64,000 nt of DNA from positions 18,625 to 82,624 of the forward strand of contig JAUICD010000001.1 in NCBI GenBank assembly GCA_030427965.1. The letters run 5' to 3'. Each line of letters begins with the position of its first letter. Positions within the stretch are counted from its first letter, which is position 1. The stretch is from Bdellovibrionia bacterium (GTDB lineage Bacteria > Bdellovibrionota > Bdellovibrionia > Bdellovibrionales > JAUICD01). Both the position numbers and the translations under genes were made by a program. Shown in pieces: positions 26,921 to 36,648 of this stretch. Below the pieces are notes generated by a model. It saw nothing but the letters and a program-made list of their open reading frames with translations, was not told the DNA's origin and ran no database searches.

Positions 26921-27634
26921 TTAATCCTCATGGTTGGTTTTTCGAATAGATTGATGAAGCGCAGCTTTTAAAAGTTCAACTTCTTTTGGAGATGGAACAC
27001 TTCTTTGGATCATTTTTGTTAACTTTGAGGCGGCATTTTTGTTTTTTGATAAATCATAGCCTGTGCTTTCTAACCAAGTTCGGAAAAGCTCTGTCGGAAA
27101 AATCTCTGTTGCAATGTCTTTTCTTGGGTATTCTTTGGGTTTTCCAAATTTTTCTTGAGCTATGTATAGAGTGAGCAAAACAGCTTGAGCGAGGTTGTAG
27201 GTTTCAAAGTCGCCATATGTAGGTAGATAAGCTGTGTAATTCATGTTCAAAAGTTCTTCACTTGTAAGGCCATGATCTTCTGGACCAAAAACCAAATAAA
27301 AAGGAGCATTGGGTCGCTCCAACTCAGATATTCGACTGGTCACTTCAGAAAATGAAAGTGTATCTCTAAACTGCCCGAGTCTTCTTGTGAGTCCAATGTA
27401 AATGCCGTTTTCTTCTTTCTCGCGAAGTTGATCAAGACTGTCATATTCCACTGCATTTTCGAGTGCGCCTTGCGACCCGGCGGCCCCTTGTCGGGCGCGC
27501 AAGTCGAGTTCACATTTTTTGTTGACCAAAAAAAGTTTGTCTCCTCCAAGGTTTCCCATTGCACGAGACGCAGCTCCAATATTTCGAGGGTATTTTGAAC
27601 CTATCAATATGATATTGAACTGCGAGGGTTTCAT
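26921..27634 (-). CDS. SpoU/TrmH-family tRNA 2'-O-methyltransferase, TrmJ-like
   Basis: 'IILIGSKYPRNIGAASRAMGNLG', 'LVFGPEDHGL' and 'NLAQAV' are SPOUT motifs. Confidence 0.75.
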   Translation of the reverse strand: MKPSQFNIILIGSKYPRNIGAASRAMGNLGGDKLFLVNKKCELDLRARQGAAGSQGALENAVEYDSLDQLREKEENGIYIGLTRRLGQFRDTLSFSEVTSRISELERPNAPFYLVFGPEDHGLTSEELLNMNYTAYLPTYGDFETYNLAQAVLLTLYIAQEKFGKPKEYPRKDIATEIFPTELFRTWLESTGYDLSKNKNAASKLTKMIQRSVPSPKEVELLKAALHQSIRKTNHED

Positions 27635-29361
27635 ACGTCTATGTGTGAGATTTTAAGACCATCTTGTATGGATTCACAATACAGAGGTGTTTTTTCAGAA
27701 ATCTGACTGAGATTTTGTTCAACTTTCTTTTGTAATTTCAAATCCAAACTATGTTTTTTCATAACTTCAAGTAACTCGAGTTGAAGAAGCCAATCGCTTG
27801 AATACTTTTTCTTAACCTCTTGAAGAATATCAATGAGATCATCTTCAGGATTGTCAAAGTCTTCAAAATTTTCGCGAATTAAGCGAACTTTGGCATAGAG
27901 GCTTTCGTGCTCATCAAATGTAGGTGAAAATATTTTTGGTGGAACGAGTTGACTAGAAAAATCTTCAATTTCTCCGTAAGAATTTCGATCCGCAGGCCCT
28001 CCAAAAACAGAAACAATATCTGAACCAACTGCCATGTCATATTCTCCCCAAGTGGGGTCAAAAAGAGTTTTTTGCTCATAGGTGACTTTACAGTTCGTAA
28101 ATGTGATCAACAGAGTTTTGTTGTTTGAAGTTAAAATAGTTTTGATAGTTCCTGATACCAAAACACCAGAGTCAAATTGCAGATCGATTTGCCTTTCTTC
28201 CTTGATTCCAAGAGAGATTAACTCTGCAGGGTTGAGTGTTGAAAGATCTTTGGATTTTACGGTCCCAACAGGTGCCCCAAAGCCCTCTGGATGTCGAGAT
28301 TTGTCGTGTCCTTCAAGTTGTGAGTTATCAAAAGAAAGTTGAGTTGGACCCGTCATTTGAATATAGGCGGGTTTTCCCTCTTTTTCTATAAAGTCACTTA
28401 GTACCCCACTCACTTGTAAGCCTGAGTTGTATTCAATGGTATTTACGGTTTTTGCTCTTCTAGCAACACTAAGGCCATAGATTCCTCCTCTTTTAAATGA
28501 CATTCTTTCAGACATTTCTTCAAGAACACGAGTGAGGTCTGAAAACTTCTCGACAACAAAAAGTTGTGGCTGAGGTTCAGTAATATCATATGAATAATCA
28601 ATACAATTGATGTCAAATGGGATTTTTTTTGTATTTTTTGTCAATGAACTTCGGCTTTCTTGAACAGATGAAAGGAGCCCGGCTCCATAGATTTGAGGTT
28701 TGTCGACTGTTCCAATCAATCCATATTCAGCAGTCCACCAGTTCATTCTAGCAAGTAATGCCGCTTCAGAGGGGTCTTTGGCATTTTTTGTTGCTTTTTC
28801 AAGTTGTTCTTCACATTCCTTTATCATTTCGGGAGTGGAATCAGGGTGTTCTTTTATGTCAGAGAGATCGCGTATGGCTTTATAAAGTTTGATGTCTTCT
28901 ATGTTTAAAATGGACTTACTGGCAAGGCTTGCATAGCTTTTGAGATAGGCTGAAAATTGAGGGTCAATAAGAATTGGTGCATGCCCAGCAGCTTCATGAA
29001 CAATATCTGGAGCAGGTGTGTAGCCGAGGTGTTCAAGAGTGCGCATGTCAGATGCGATGGGTAAGTAACCTAGAGATTGGAGTTCCATAAATGCAGCAGG
29101 TGGAATAAAACCACTAACAGGTATTGCTTGCCACCCGTATTTGTTTAATTTTTTACTCATTTCACTGATATGTGGAATCTTATCAGTCGTGATTCCAGTT
29201 TTCTCAAGTCCATCGATATAGCAGGGGTGAGCGTTTTGAGTTAGAAAGTGTTTCAACTGTCGCATGATAAAGCGCCAAACGGCTTGGTCGATTGCAGAGT
29301 AGCGGTCGTAGTTCTGATCAACAATGTATTTTTTTAAGTGCTGCGGTAGTTCTTTGCTCAT
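27631..29361 (-). CDS. Aromatic amino-acid hydroxylase (phenylalanine-4-hydroxylase-like) with ~250-aa C-terminal extension
   Basis: Iron ligands in 'PDIVHEAAGHAPIL' (H-x4-H) and 'WWTAEYGL' (Glu). ATG 29361 ('MSKELPQ') avoids overlap with hldD; the ORF track starts at 29472. Confidence 0.75.
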   Translation of the reverse strand: MSKELPQHLKKYIVDQNYDRYSAIDQAVWRFIMRQLKHFLTQNAHPCYIDGLEKTGITTDKIPHISEMSKKLNKYGWQAIPVSGFIPPAAFMELQSLGYLPIASDMRTLEHLGYTPAPDIVHEAAGHAPILIDPQFSAYLKSYASLASKSILNIEDIKLYKAIRDLSDIKEHPDSTPEMIKECEEQLEKATKNAKDPSEAALLARMNWWTAEYGLIGTVDKPQIYGAGLLSSVQESRSSLTKNTKKIPFDINCIDYSYDITEPQPQLFVVEKFSDLTRVLEEMSERMSFKRGGIYGLSVARRAKTVNTIEYNSGLQVSGVLSDFIEKEGKPAYIQMTGPTQLSFDNSQLEGHDKSRHPEGFGAPVGTVKSKDLSTLNPAELISLGIKEERQIDLQFDSGVLVSGTIKTILTSNNKTLLITFTNCKVTYEQKTLFDPTWGEYDMAVGSDIVSVFGGPADRNSYGEIEDFSSQLVPPKIFSPTFDEHESLYAKVRLIRENFEDFDNPEDDLIDILQEVKKKYSSDWLLQLELLEVMKKHSLDLKLQKKVEQNLSQISEKTPLYCESIQDGLKISHIDV

Positions 29362-29375
29362 CAAATTAGGCCTAC

Positions 29376-30341
29376 TTACAGGTATGGGTTTTGTTTGAGA
29401 AGTATTCTTATGTAGTCTTTCATTGCTTCTTCTAAATTCCATTTGGGCTCCGAAAGGTTTAAGGATTTCCAAGTCTTCATGTCAGCTTCAGTGAAATACT
29501 GATACTGTGAGCGGATATTTTCAGGAATATCTATCCATTCAATTTCAATGGGTTTATCAAGAGCTTCAAATGCAGCACCAACGAGGTCTTTCCATGTTCG
29601 AGCCTTCCCAAATCCCATATTAAAAATTCCACTTATCTCAGGTCGCTCTAAGAGTTCGGCCATCCATCTTGTGATGTCTTTTACGTATACGAAATCACGA
29701 AGCTGTTCACCGTCTTTGTAATCTGCATTGTGTGATTTAAAGAGTCGAACCTTTCCTTTTGCTTGAATTTGATGAAAGGCTTTGTATGCCATACTGGTCA
29801 TGTCTTCTTTGTGATATTCATTTGGGCCAAAAACGTTGAAAAACTTTAAACCGACACACTGAAGAGGGAGGTTTTTTTGATCTTTTACAAACCTATCAAA
29901 TAATACTTTTGAATAGCCATATGGGTTGAGTGGCATCAATTCAAAGGGGTCGGTTGTGTCACTAAAACCTTTTGATCCATCTCCATAAGTGGCGCCACTG
30001 CTTGCGTAAATAAAGCGAGCCTTATTTTGAGTCGCCCATTCAAATAGGGATTTGGAATACTGGTAATTGTTTTCAAGTAGGTAGTCGACGTTGGTTTCTG
30101 TTGTTGAGGAGCATGCTCCCATATGAAAGATAGTTGTGATATTACTAGACTGAGAGGTTTGGAGAAGGCCTAAAAAGTCATCCGGGTCGACGATGTTCTT
30201 GAAACGGCGATGGGCAATGTTTTTCCATTTGAGACCATTTTCTAACCAATCCACAAGGAGAAGGTCTGAATGTCCACGTTGATTGAGCTCCCAAGCCAAT
30301 GCACTTCCAATAAATCCAGCCGCGCCAGTGATTGCGATCAT
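29376..30341 (-). CDS. hldD: ADP-L-glycero-D-manno-heptose 6-epimerase
   Basis: 'MIAITGAAGFIGSALAWELNQRG', 'YGYSK', and overall collinearity with RfaD/HldD. Confidence 0.8.
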   Translation of the reverse strand: MIAITGAAGFIGSALAWELNQRGHSDLLLVDWLENGLKWKNIAHRRFKNIVDPDDFLGLLQTSQSSNITTIFHMGACSSTTETNVDYLLENNYQYSKSLFEWATQNKARFIYASSGATYGDGSKGFSDTTDPFELMPLNPYGYSKVLFDRFVKDQKNLPLQCVGLKFFNVFGPNEYHKEDMTSMAYKAFHQIQAKGKVRLFKSHNADYKDGEQLRDFVYVKDITRWMAELLERPEISGIFNMGFGKARTWKDLVGAAFEALDKPIEIEWIDIPENIRSQYQYFTEADMKTWKSLNLSEPKWNLEEAMKDYIRILLKQNPYL

Positions 30342-30415
30342 ATAGGTGGTTCCTCCAGGAGAAATCTATACCATATTTGAAATTTGAAGGAACTGCCGAC
30401 CTTTATGACGCCGCG

Positions 30416-32287
30416 CTAAATATCGTCAGCACACTCTTCTGCGACTTGGAACAGGTTTTTGAGCACCTTCCTCGTGCTGGAACGGTGGTTTTTTAGAACT
30501 TTCTCAGGTGAGGCGACACCCTCTTCGGGTACGAGAACTTGTGACTGAATCATAGACTCAATGACTTTTTGAAACTCGCTCACATTGAGTCGTCTTTTTT
30601 TGGCTTGAATAAGCATTTCTGCAATGACTGTAATGGCATTTCCTGTCAATCGGTCTCGACGATTGATAACGTTCGCGCGTGCAGCGATATCTCGAATCAT
30701 TCGAATAAAACCTCGCCTTCGTCTTGAAAGGTTCACAAGATCTAGGTAACTCGACTGTAAATCTATCAAGCGGTCGGCTTGTTGAGGACTCATTTTTTGA
30801 TCTCGTGGAGATGCTGTTGAGGCAAGCATGACTTCAAATAAAACTGCAGATGAAATTGCTGAGCTTTCTCCTTTATCTCTAAAATGGTTTGCCAAATACC
30901 TCAGAGTGTCTTTCATAGAGAAAATTGCAGGTCGATTGATACCATCTTCTATTTTCTTTGCTCCACCTTGAGTTTTGGTTCGTTCAAAATAGGAATAGTG
31001 TGAGTCAAACTCTAAAACAGCAGCTCGATGACTCTTGATCAATAGATCACGATCATTTTTACGAAAGCCAACTCGGTACAAGAGGTGTTCTAAACGATAG
31101 CTTTCAAAGAGTTCATTGAACCGATCTGTGATTGGGTGCTTGGCGTAATCATTGAGTGGGGGTTTTTCCTTTAACGTTAAGGTATCTGCGATTTGTTGAA
31201 AGACCTGAACGATAAGTCGTGCTTTTTGTTTCTGTTCATTTAAGTTTGTCGAATACCGATCTGTGTCTTCATATCTATACTGATCGTGGCGTGCTCCAAA
31301 TTGTCTGATGCTACCATAATCAATGATCCCAGCATTTGTGAGTATATTGTCACCATCCCAATCCATCCATGCAAAAATATAATCGACATCCAGTCGTGCG
31401 GCCATCTTGGCAAATGAATCACAAATGGCTTCAACCATATGTTGATACTTTTTAGGGGATCTAGAACTAAAGGACCATTCCTTGTTTTGAATTTGTCTCT
31501 CAATAAGGTAATCTGTTGCCACCTTTAGATTTTCAGTATCATTGAGTTTTAAGTATCGAAATATATGGGCTGGGCGAATGAGGTTTGGTGCGGCTCGGAC
31601 ACCAATGCCGAGACCCTTTCCAAGATCAATTATGGCAAGCATTCTTTCTGTTGCAATATTTTGTCGATGAAAGATTTCAGAAAAAATAGCTGTTGCGACA
31701 AGTTCGTCAAGTTCAGCCATACCACATCCATAGCCAAATTCCTCATCTCCGGACTTTAGTGGTTTTCCAGCTTCCACAGCACCTGGGGCAAGTTTTGTAA
31801 CTCCAGTGCCTCGGCTACTTACATCCCAAGTTGTTCCAGCATGGTGAATGGCTCCGTTCCAAATACTTCGACCATCTCCAGAGGTTTTTCCCTGTTTGTT
31901 TGAGTGTTGCAGTTGAAGGTATCTTGTTGCCATGTACTTGTTTTTCTTAATTGTCTCTTTGGGAAATTGTATTTTATTTGATTGATCGTATTCATTGATG
32001 ATTTGTAGACAGAATGTGGAAAGGATTTTGTTTTCAAGTTCTTTATTCAATGTGTGATTATGTCCTTTGGGAATAAGGCCCATTTCTTTTGCTAGCCAAA
32101 AATTGAAGTAGAGAACTTTTCCACCCTTAAGTTTACGTGCGGGATATAGGACAGCGCCATCTTTGACTTGCTCCGACCATGGGTGTGAACCATCAATTTT
32201 CTGAAACTTTGCGTAACGCCCTGATCCACTGGATTTGGTTTTGCTAAGGCGTGGTTTTTTATTGGTTTTGGGTGTTGTTTTCTTCAC
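30416..32287 (-). CDS. Divergent SelO/YdiU (UPF0061)-like protein-kinase-fold nucleotidyltransferase, extended
   Basis: 'VLYFNFWLAKEMGLIP', 'SGDGRSIWNG', 'WDVSSRGTGVT', 'AIFSEIFHRQNIATERMLAII', and 'DWDGDNILTNAGIIDYGSIRQFG' are collinear with E. coli YdiU blocks (GDGR, LKGAG, HGVMNTDNM, DYGPFGF). GTG start. It has a Lys-rich N-terminus and a ~200-aa C-terminal extension. Confidence 0.6.
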   Translation of the reverse strand: MKKTTPKTNKKPRLSKTKSSGSGRYAKFQKIDGSHPWSEQVKDGAVLYPARKLKGGKVLYFNFWLAKEMGLIPKGHNHTLNKELENKILSTFCLQIINEYDQSNKIQFPKETIKKNKYMATRYLQLQHSNKQGKTSGDGRSIWNGAIHHAGTTWDVSSRGTGVTKLAPGAVEAGKPLKSGDEEFGYGCGMAELDELVATAIFSEIFHRQNIATERMLAIIDLGKGLGIGVRAAPNLIRPAHIFRYLKLNDTENLKVATDYLIERQIQNKEWSFSSRSPKKYQHMVEAICDSFAKMAARLDVDYIFAWMDWDGDNILTNAGIIDYGSIRQFGARHDQYRYEDTDRYSTNLNEQKQKARLIVQVFQQIADTLTLKEKPPLNDYAKHPITDRFNELFESYRLEHLLYRVGFRKNDRDLLIKSHRAAVLEFDSHYSYFERTKTQGGAKKIEDGINRPAIFSMKDTLRYLANHFRDKGESSAISSAVLFEVMLASTASPRDQKMSPQQADRLIDLQSSYLDLVNLSRRRRGFIRMIRDIAARANVINRRDRLTGNAITVIAEMLIQAKKRRLNVSEFQKVIESMIQSQVLVPEEGVASPEKVLKNHRSSTRKVLKNLFQVAEECADDI

Positions 32288-32329
32288 ACCCCATTATCGG
32301 ATTGAGGTTGTCTTGGCTAAAGTGGAGTC

Positions 32330-33472
32330 TTATAAAATTGAGACAAAACCTAGTCCACCGTCGGGTGTTCGAAGGTTGGTAACCTGACCTTTGTAGAGCC
32401 TGGAAACTATAAAATAGGGATTGTTTCTATAAGTGTAGATACGGAGATCAAATTTAAATTCGTCGTGAATTCCGGGAGCGACAAACTCTTGTGCCAAAAA
32501 ATTTTGATCAATGAGTGAATTAAATTTTTTGTGACTTATAGATGAGCCCCTATAAACAGCTTTGCTTCCAAAAAGGTTTTTGGGTTTAAAAAAATATTGT
32601 TTTTTGCTATTCCAAATAACTTTGGAGTTGCTTTCATTGAGTTCGATTGTTTTTGGAATAACTTGATTGAAGCAATCAATAAACTTTGGTTCTAGTTTGA
32701 TAGATTCCAAAAAACCTGGAACTGTAATGTCAATAAGTCGTTGTTTGTTTGCAAGTAAATTGTATTCGTGTGGATTTGGGCTAAAGAGAGAAGCTTTTTT
32801 AAGATATGCTTCTTTTAAATGGCTGTTCTTTGGGTCTTCAAATAAAAAATCACAACATCGGTTGTAAACAAAATCGACAGGTTGTCCATCAAATGTGAGA
32901 GCTTTTCCATCAAATTGAAAATCTCTTGGATCGCCAATGAATGTTTCCCATCCTAGTTTTTGGAAAGCTTTTTTGAAAAAAAGAAAATCAAAGTATGCTG
33001 CTTGTTTTTTAGGTTCATCATCTAGAATACCAATATTTTGAATGGAGGGTTTGTTTCCAAAGAACTGAAGTTCTTGGAAAATGTCCTTTTTGAGCTGTTC
33101 CACAAAATTTTCTTTTTCATAAAGAGTTGGTATATTTTTAATTTGATACAGCCAATCTACAACATGGGAAAAAGCGGCATTTGTATTTATCTCAATGAGT
33201 TTCACTCCGTCTTTATTCACGTGAAAATCGTAACTCATCATAATGGCGTAGTTTTTGGGATCAAATTCAGAGATAGGGTGAGATTTTTCTACAAAGCTTA
33301 TATAAGTCTTATTTGCACGAAGCTTTTCAAACGCTTCAATGGTTCTAAGCATGATTTGATAATCGCTATTCTCAATTTGCACAACTTCATCTGAAATTAA
33401 GTTTTCTGGAATACGGACAGATTCACCTAAAGATTGTTGGGCGTGTTGCTCAAACTGTTGTTGTAGTTTCAT
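32330..33472 (-). CDS. ATP-grasp superfamily ligase, glutathionylspermidine-synthase / circularly-permuted ATP-grasp-like
   Basis: 'MSYDFHVNKDGVKLIEINTNAAFS' can be compared with GRFDxxxDGxxKLLExNaDTP. 'VDFVYNRCCDFLFEDP' can be compared with vDviYrRxxddflDP. The start overlaps the prx stop (ATGA). Confidence 0.5.
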   Translation of the reverse strand: MKLQQQFEQHAQQSLGESVRIPENLISDEVVQIENSDYQIMLRTIEAFEKLRANKTYISFVEKSHPISEFDPKNYAIMMSYDFHVNKDGVKLIEINTNAAFSHVVDWLYQIKNIPTLYEKENFVEQLKKDIFQELQFFGNKPSIQNIGILDDEPKKQAAYFDFLFFKKAFQKLGWETFIGDPRDFQFDGKALTFDGQPVDFVYNRCCDFLFEDPKNSHLKEAYLKKASLFSPNPHEYNLLANKQRLIDITVPGFLESIKLEPKFIDCFNQVIPKTIELNESNSKVIWNSKKQYFFKPKNLFGSKAVYRGSSISHKKFNSLIDQNFLAQEFVAPGIHDEFKFDLRIYTYRNNPYFIVSRLYKGQVTNLRTPDGGLGFVSIL

Positions 33473-33996
33473 ATACGAGGCTTTACGAAGTCATCTCCGG
33501 GTTTCCAGCCTGCAGAGCAGAGTTCACCACTTTGAAGGCCTGTTAAAACACGTAAAATTTCATTTACATCACGGCCAATATTTAAATTGTGAATACTTTC
33601 GTATTGAACTCGTCCTTCAGGATCAATGATGAATGTGCCTCGTGTGGCAATGCCTTCATTTTCAATGAGCACGTCATAATCTCTTGAAAGTTTTTTGGTT
33701 AAGTCGCCAATGAGAGGAAATTGAAGTTCACCAAGATCATCTTGTATCCACTTTCGATGAGAATGCACGGAGTCAACACTTACTCCTAAGACTTGTGCCC
33801 CCAGCTCTTCGAAAGAATTAAGTTTCTCATGAAACTGAAGAATTTCGGTTGGGCAAACAAAAGTAAAATCAAGTGGATAAAAAAACAAGACCACCCATTT
33901 TCCTTTAAAGCTGGAGAGGGAAATATCTTTGAATTCCCCACCCTCAACAACGGCTGGTGCTGTGAACTGAGGGGCTGGTAGGCCAATTTTAGACAT
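33469..33996 (-). CDS. Typical 2-Cys peroxiredoxin (AhpC/Tsa family)
   Basis: Peroxidatic Cys in 'FFYPLDFTFVCPTEI'. Resolving Cys in 'GELCSAGWKPGD'. Confidence 0.9.
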   Translation of the reverse strand: MSKIGLPAPQFTAPAVVEGGEFKDISLSSFKGKWVVLFFYPLDFTFVCPTEILQFHEKLNSFEELGAQVLGVSVDSVHSHRKWIQDDLGELQFPLIGDLTKKLSRDYDVLIENEGIATRGTFIIDPEGRVQYESIHNLNIGRDVNEILRVLTGLQSGELCSAGWKPGDDFVKPRI

Positions 33997-34103
33997 AGGT
34001 GACTCCTTACAAATTTATGAATATATGGTATGTGATCTTTTGTAGCAGAGTGATCAGTGCGAGGTAAGAATCACTCGTAAGTAAAAGTGAGTCAAGGAGA
34101 CCA

Positions 34104-34871
34104 ATGAAAATCATATCTTGGAATGTAAATGGAATACGTGCAGCTTATAAAAAGGGGTTGTTGGAATTTCTAGATAGAGAAAGCCCAGATATTTTTTGCG
34201 TGCAAGAAACTAAGGCACGCCCTGAGCAAGTTCCTCAAGATCTTCTCGAGCCAGATTCGATGTTCAGCTATTGGTCAAGTGCAGAGAAAAAAGGGTATTC
34301 TGGTACAGCAACATTTCTTATTCAAGACGCCATTGAAGTGGATCATGGGGTGGGAATTTCGGAGTTTGATAGTGAGGGGCGATTTGTTGTTACTCATCAT
34401 GAGGATTTTCATCTTTTTAATATTTACTTTCCAAATGGCGCTCGAAGCCAAGAACGTCATGATTATAAAATGAAATTTTTAAAAAAGATGAATCAAATTT
34501 TCAAAAGTTATATCGATAAGGGAGAAGAGGTTATCGTTCTTGGCGATTACAATGTCGCACACAATGAAATTGATGTTTATGACCCTGTTCGACATGCAGA
34601 CACCAGTGGTTTTCGTCCAGAGGAGCGAAAGTGGTTTCAAGATTTTTTGGATTTGGGATTTGTGGATACGTTTCGTCATTTTTTTCCAGATGAAACAGAG
34701 AGATACACTTGGTGGAATCAAAGAGAAAGGGCTCGCTTGGCAAATCGAGGATGGCGCATTGACATGATATCAATCACAGAAGGGTTGGTAGAGCGACTTA
34801 TGGGGGCGGAGATCATGGATCATGTTGAAGGTTCAGATCACTGTCCGATTGCTATTGAACTAGAGGACTGA
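34104..34871 (+). CDS. xth: Exodeoxyribonuclease III
   Basis: 'MKIISWNVNGIRA', 'FCVQETK' and 'GSDHCPI'. Confidence 0.9.
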   Translation: MKIISWNVNGIRAAYKKGLLEFLDRESPDIFCVQETKARPEQVPQDLLEPDSMFSYWSSAEKKGYSGTATFLIQDAIEVDHGVGISEFDSEGRFVVTHHEDFHLFNIYFPNGARSQERHDYKMKFLKKMNQIFKSYIDKGEEVIVLGDYNVAHNEIDVYDPVRHADTSGFRPEERKWFQDFLDLGFVDTFRHFFPDETERYTWWNQRERARLANRGWRIDMISITEGLVERLMGAEIMDHVEGSDHCPIAIELED

Positions 34872-34873
34872 AA

Positions 34874-35344
34874 TTGGGATTACTTTTTATTTTCATTATT
34901 GTGCCAGTCATTGAAATTTTCTTACTTATGAAAGTGGGTGGCTCTATTGGTATAATGAATACTATTGGGATCATTATTGGTACAGGAATTCTGGGTGCTA
35001 CTTTATCTCGACATCAAGGGCGTCAAGTGATTGGTGAGCTAACCCGCATGATTGGTGAGGGGCGTGAACCAACACAACTTTTGATTGAGGGGGTGTTGGT
35101 TTTTGTTGGTGGTGTTCTTCTTTTGACTCCGGGTTTTTTTACAGATGGAGTGGGGTTTTTGATGATTTTGCCCGGAACTCGTAGGCTTTTTGTAAGTACT
35201 GCAAAAAGTTACTTTGCTAGTGGGGTGCGTTCAGGTCGCTTCAAGGTGTATACGCAAACGACCCAATCTAGAAACAATCGTGATTATGAAGCCGAAAATA
35301 AGAATCCAGGGGTTATTGATGTGGATGGAGAGCGATTAGAATAG
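34874..35344 (+). CDS. fxsA: FxsA family membrane protein
   Basis: 'LLLTPGFFTDGVGFLMILPGTRR' is the FxsA signature. TTG start. Confidence 0.8.
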   Translation: MGLLFIFIIVPVIEIFLLMKVGGSIGIMNTIGIIIGTGILGATLSRHQGRQVIGELTRMIGEGREPTQLLIEGVLVFVGGVLLLTPGFFTDGVGFLMILPGTRRLFVSTAKSYFASGVRSGRFKVYTQTTQSRNNRDYEAENKNPGVIDVDGERLE

Positions 35345-36295
35345 CATCCCTATGTAAGTTGCATAGGCCACAATCAGTAGAAAGCCAAACATTCGACTTA
35401 CCCAACCTTTTGTAAGAAAGAGAACTCCCCAAAAAAGAAAAGTGGCAAGTAAGAGCCAAATCGTATCAAAGCTCATAACATTATTTGATATGGCAATGGG
35501 CGTGATGGCAGCTGCAGACCCCATGACAGCAAGCGTGTTCATAATATTGGAGCCAATGACGTTACCGATTGAAATGTCATCTCTTCCTTTGTAGGCAGCA
35601 AGTGCAGATGTGGCAAGTTCTGGAAGACCTGTTCCAATAGAGACTATAGTCAATCCTATGATTCTTTCGCTCATTCCCATGAGACGTCCAAAATCAATGG
35701 CCCCTATTAGAGCAAGGTGTGCGCCCCCAGCAAGGGCTATGATCCCTCCAATGATGTAAATAACTTCAAGAGAAAGAGAGGCAAGTGGTGCAAATTCCTC
35801 AGGCTCTTCACTGCCCTTGTGGATCTTAACAATAAGAACAATGAACAAAATAAATAGAGCAATTAAACCAATGCCTTCCATTTGATCAAAAAGAAGATCT
35901 TTTCCTAAAAAATAAAAGACTCCACTTGATAGAATTAAAAATGGCCATTCAAAGCGCATTGTTTCTCGACTTGCTCGAGTTGGCATCAAAAGACAGGAGG
36001 CTCCAATGACTGCAAGAAGATTAAATAAGTTAGACCCCACAACATTTCCAGCTGAGACGTCAGGAGCTCCTTGAAGGGCTGCGAGTATGCTCGTAACAAG
36101 TTCAGGTGCAGACGTGCCGAATGCCACAATTGTGACAGCCACAAGAGCTGCGGGAATATTCAGTCGTCCTGCTAGGCTTACGGATCCTCTGAGAAGAACC
36201 TCGGCTGCCAAAATCAGAATTCCAAATCCCGCGAGAATGTAAAAAACAGGAAATACCAAATGCATTTCCTCAAGATAGGGGATGTTGGCGTGCAA
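35336..36295 (-). CDS. Ca2+/Na+ antiporter (CaCA family, YrbG-like)
   Basis: Two alpha-repeats, 'GTSAPELVTS' and 'GTGLPELATS', and about 10 TM segments. Confidence 0.85.
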   Translation of the reverse strand: MHANIPYLEEMHLVFPVFYILAGFGILILAAEVLLRGSVSLAGRLNIPAALVAVTIVAFGTSAPELVTSILAALQGAPDVSAGNVVGSNLFNLLAVIGASCLLMPTRASRETMRFEWPFLILSSGVFYFLGKDLLFDQMEGIGLIALFILFIVLIVKIHKGSEEPEEFAPLASLSLEVIYIIGGIIALAGGAHLALIGAIDFGRLMGMSERIIGLTIVSIGTGLPELATSALAAYKGRDDISIGNVIGSNIMNTLAVMGSAAAITPIAISNNVMSFDTIWLLLATFLFWGVLFLTKGWVSRMFGFLLIVAYATYIGMLF

Positions 36296-36648
36296 GATTA
36301 TCTATGTTTCACAGCGTTAACATGCGACGCACATCACATCTTGAGATTTCAAAGTTCAAAAAAACCATGCTGAACGAGGTGTGTTGAAATTTGATCGATT
36401 TGTTTTAATTTTAATGTGTAAAATCAACATGTTTTGAGTAGTTCGGTGTTTTGAAGATTAAGTTTCTAAGGCTTTCTTGTGGTAGCTGACATAAGCTCAG
36501 CTTATTTGTCTAAAAATAGATAATTATTACTGATTTTAAGTATTTATGGGACTTGGAAACATTGAAGGTTTTTGGTTGCCATTTCATTTTCAAGCGTGTG
36601 TAAATATTTCAAACCTCGATGGGGCTCGAGGGATTTGTGGAGGGGAAA

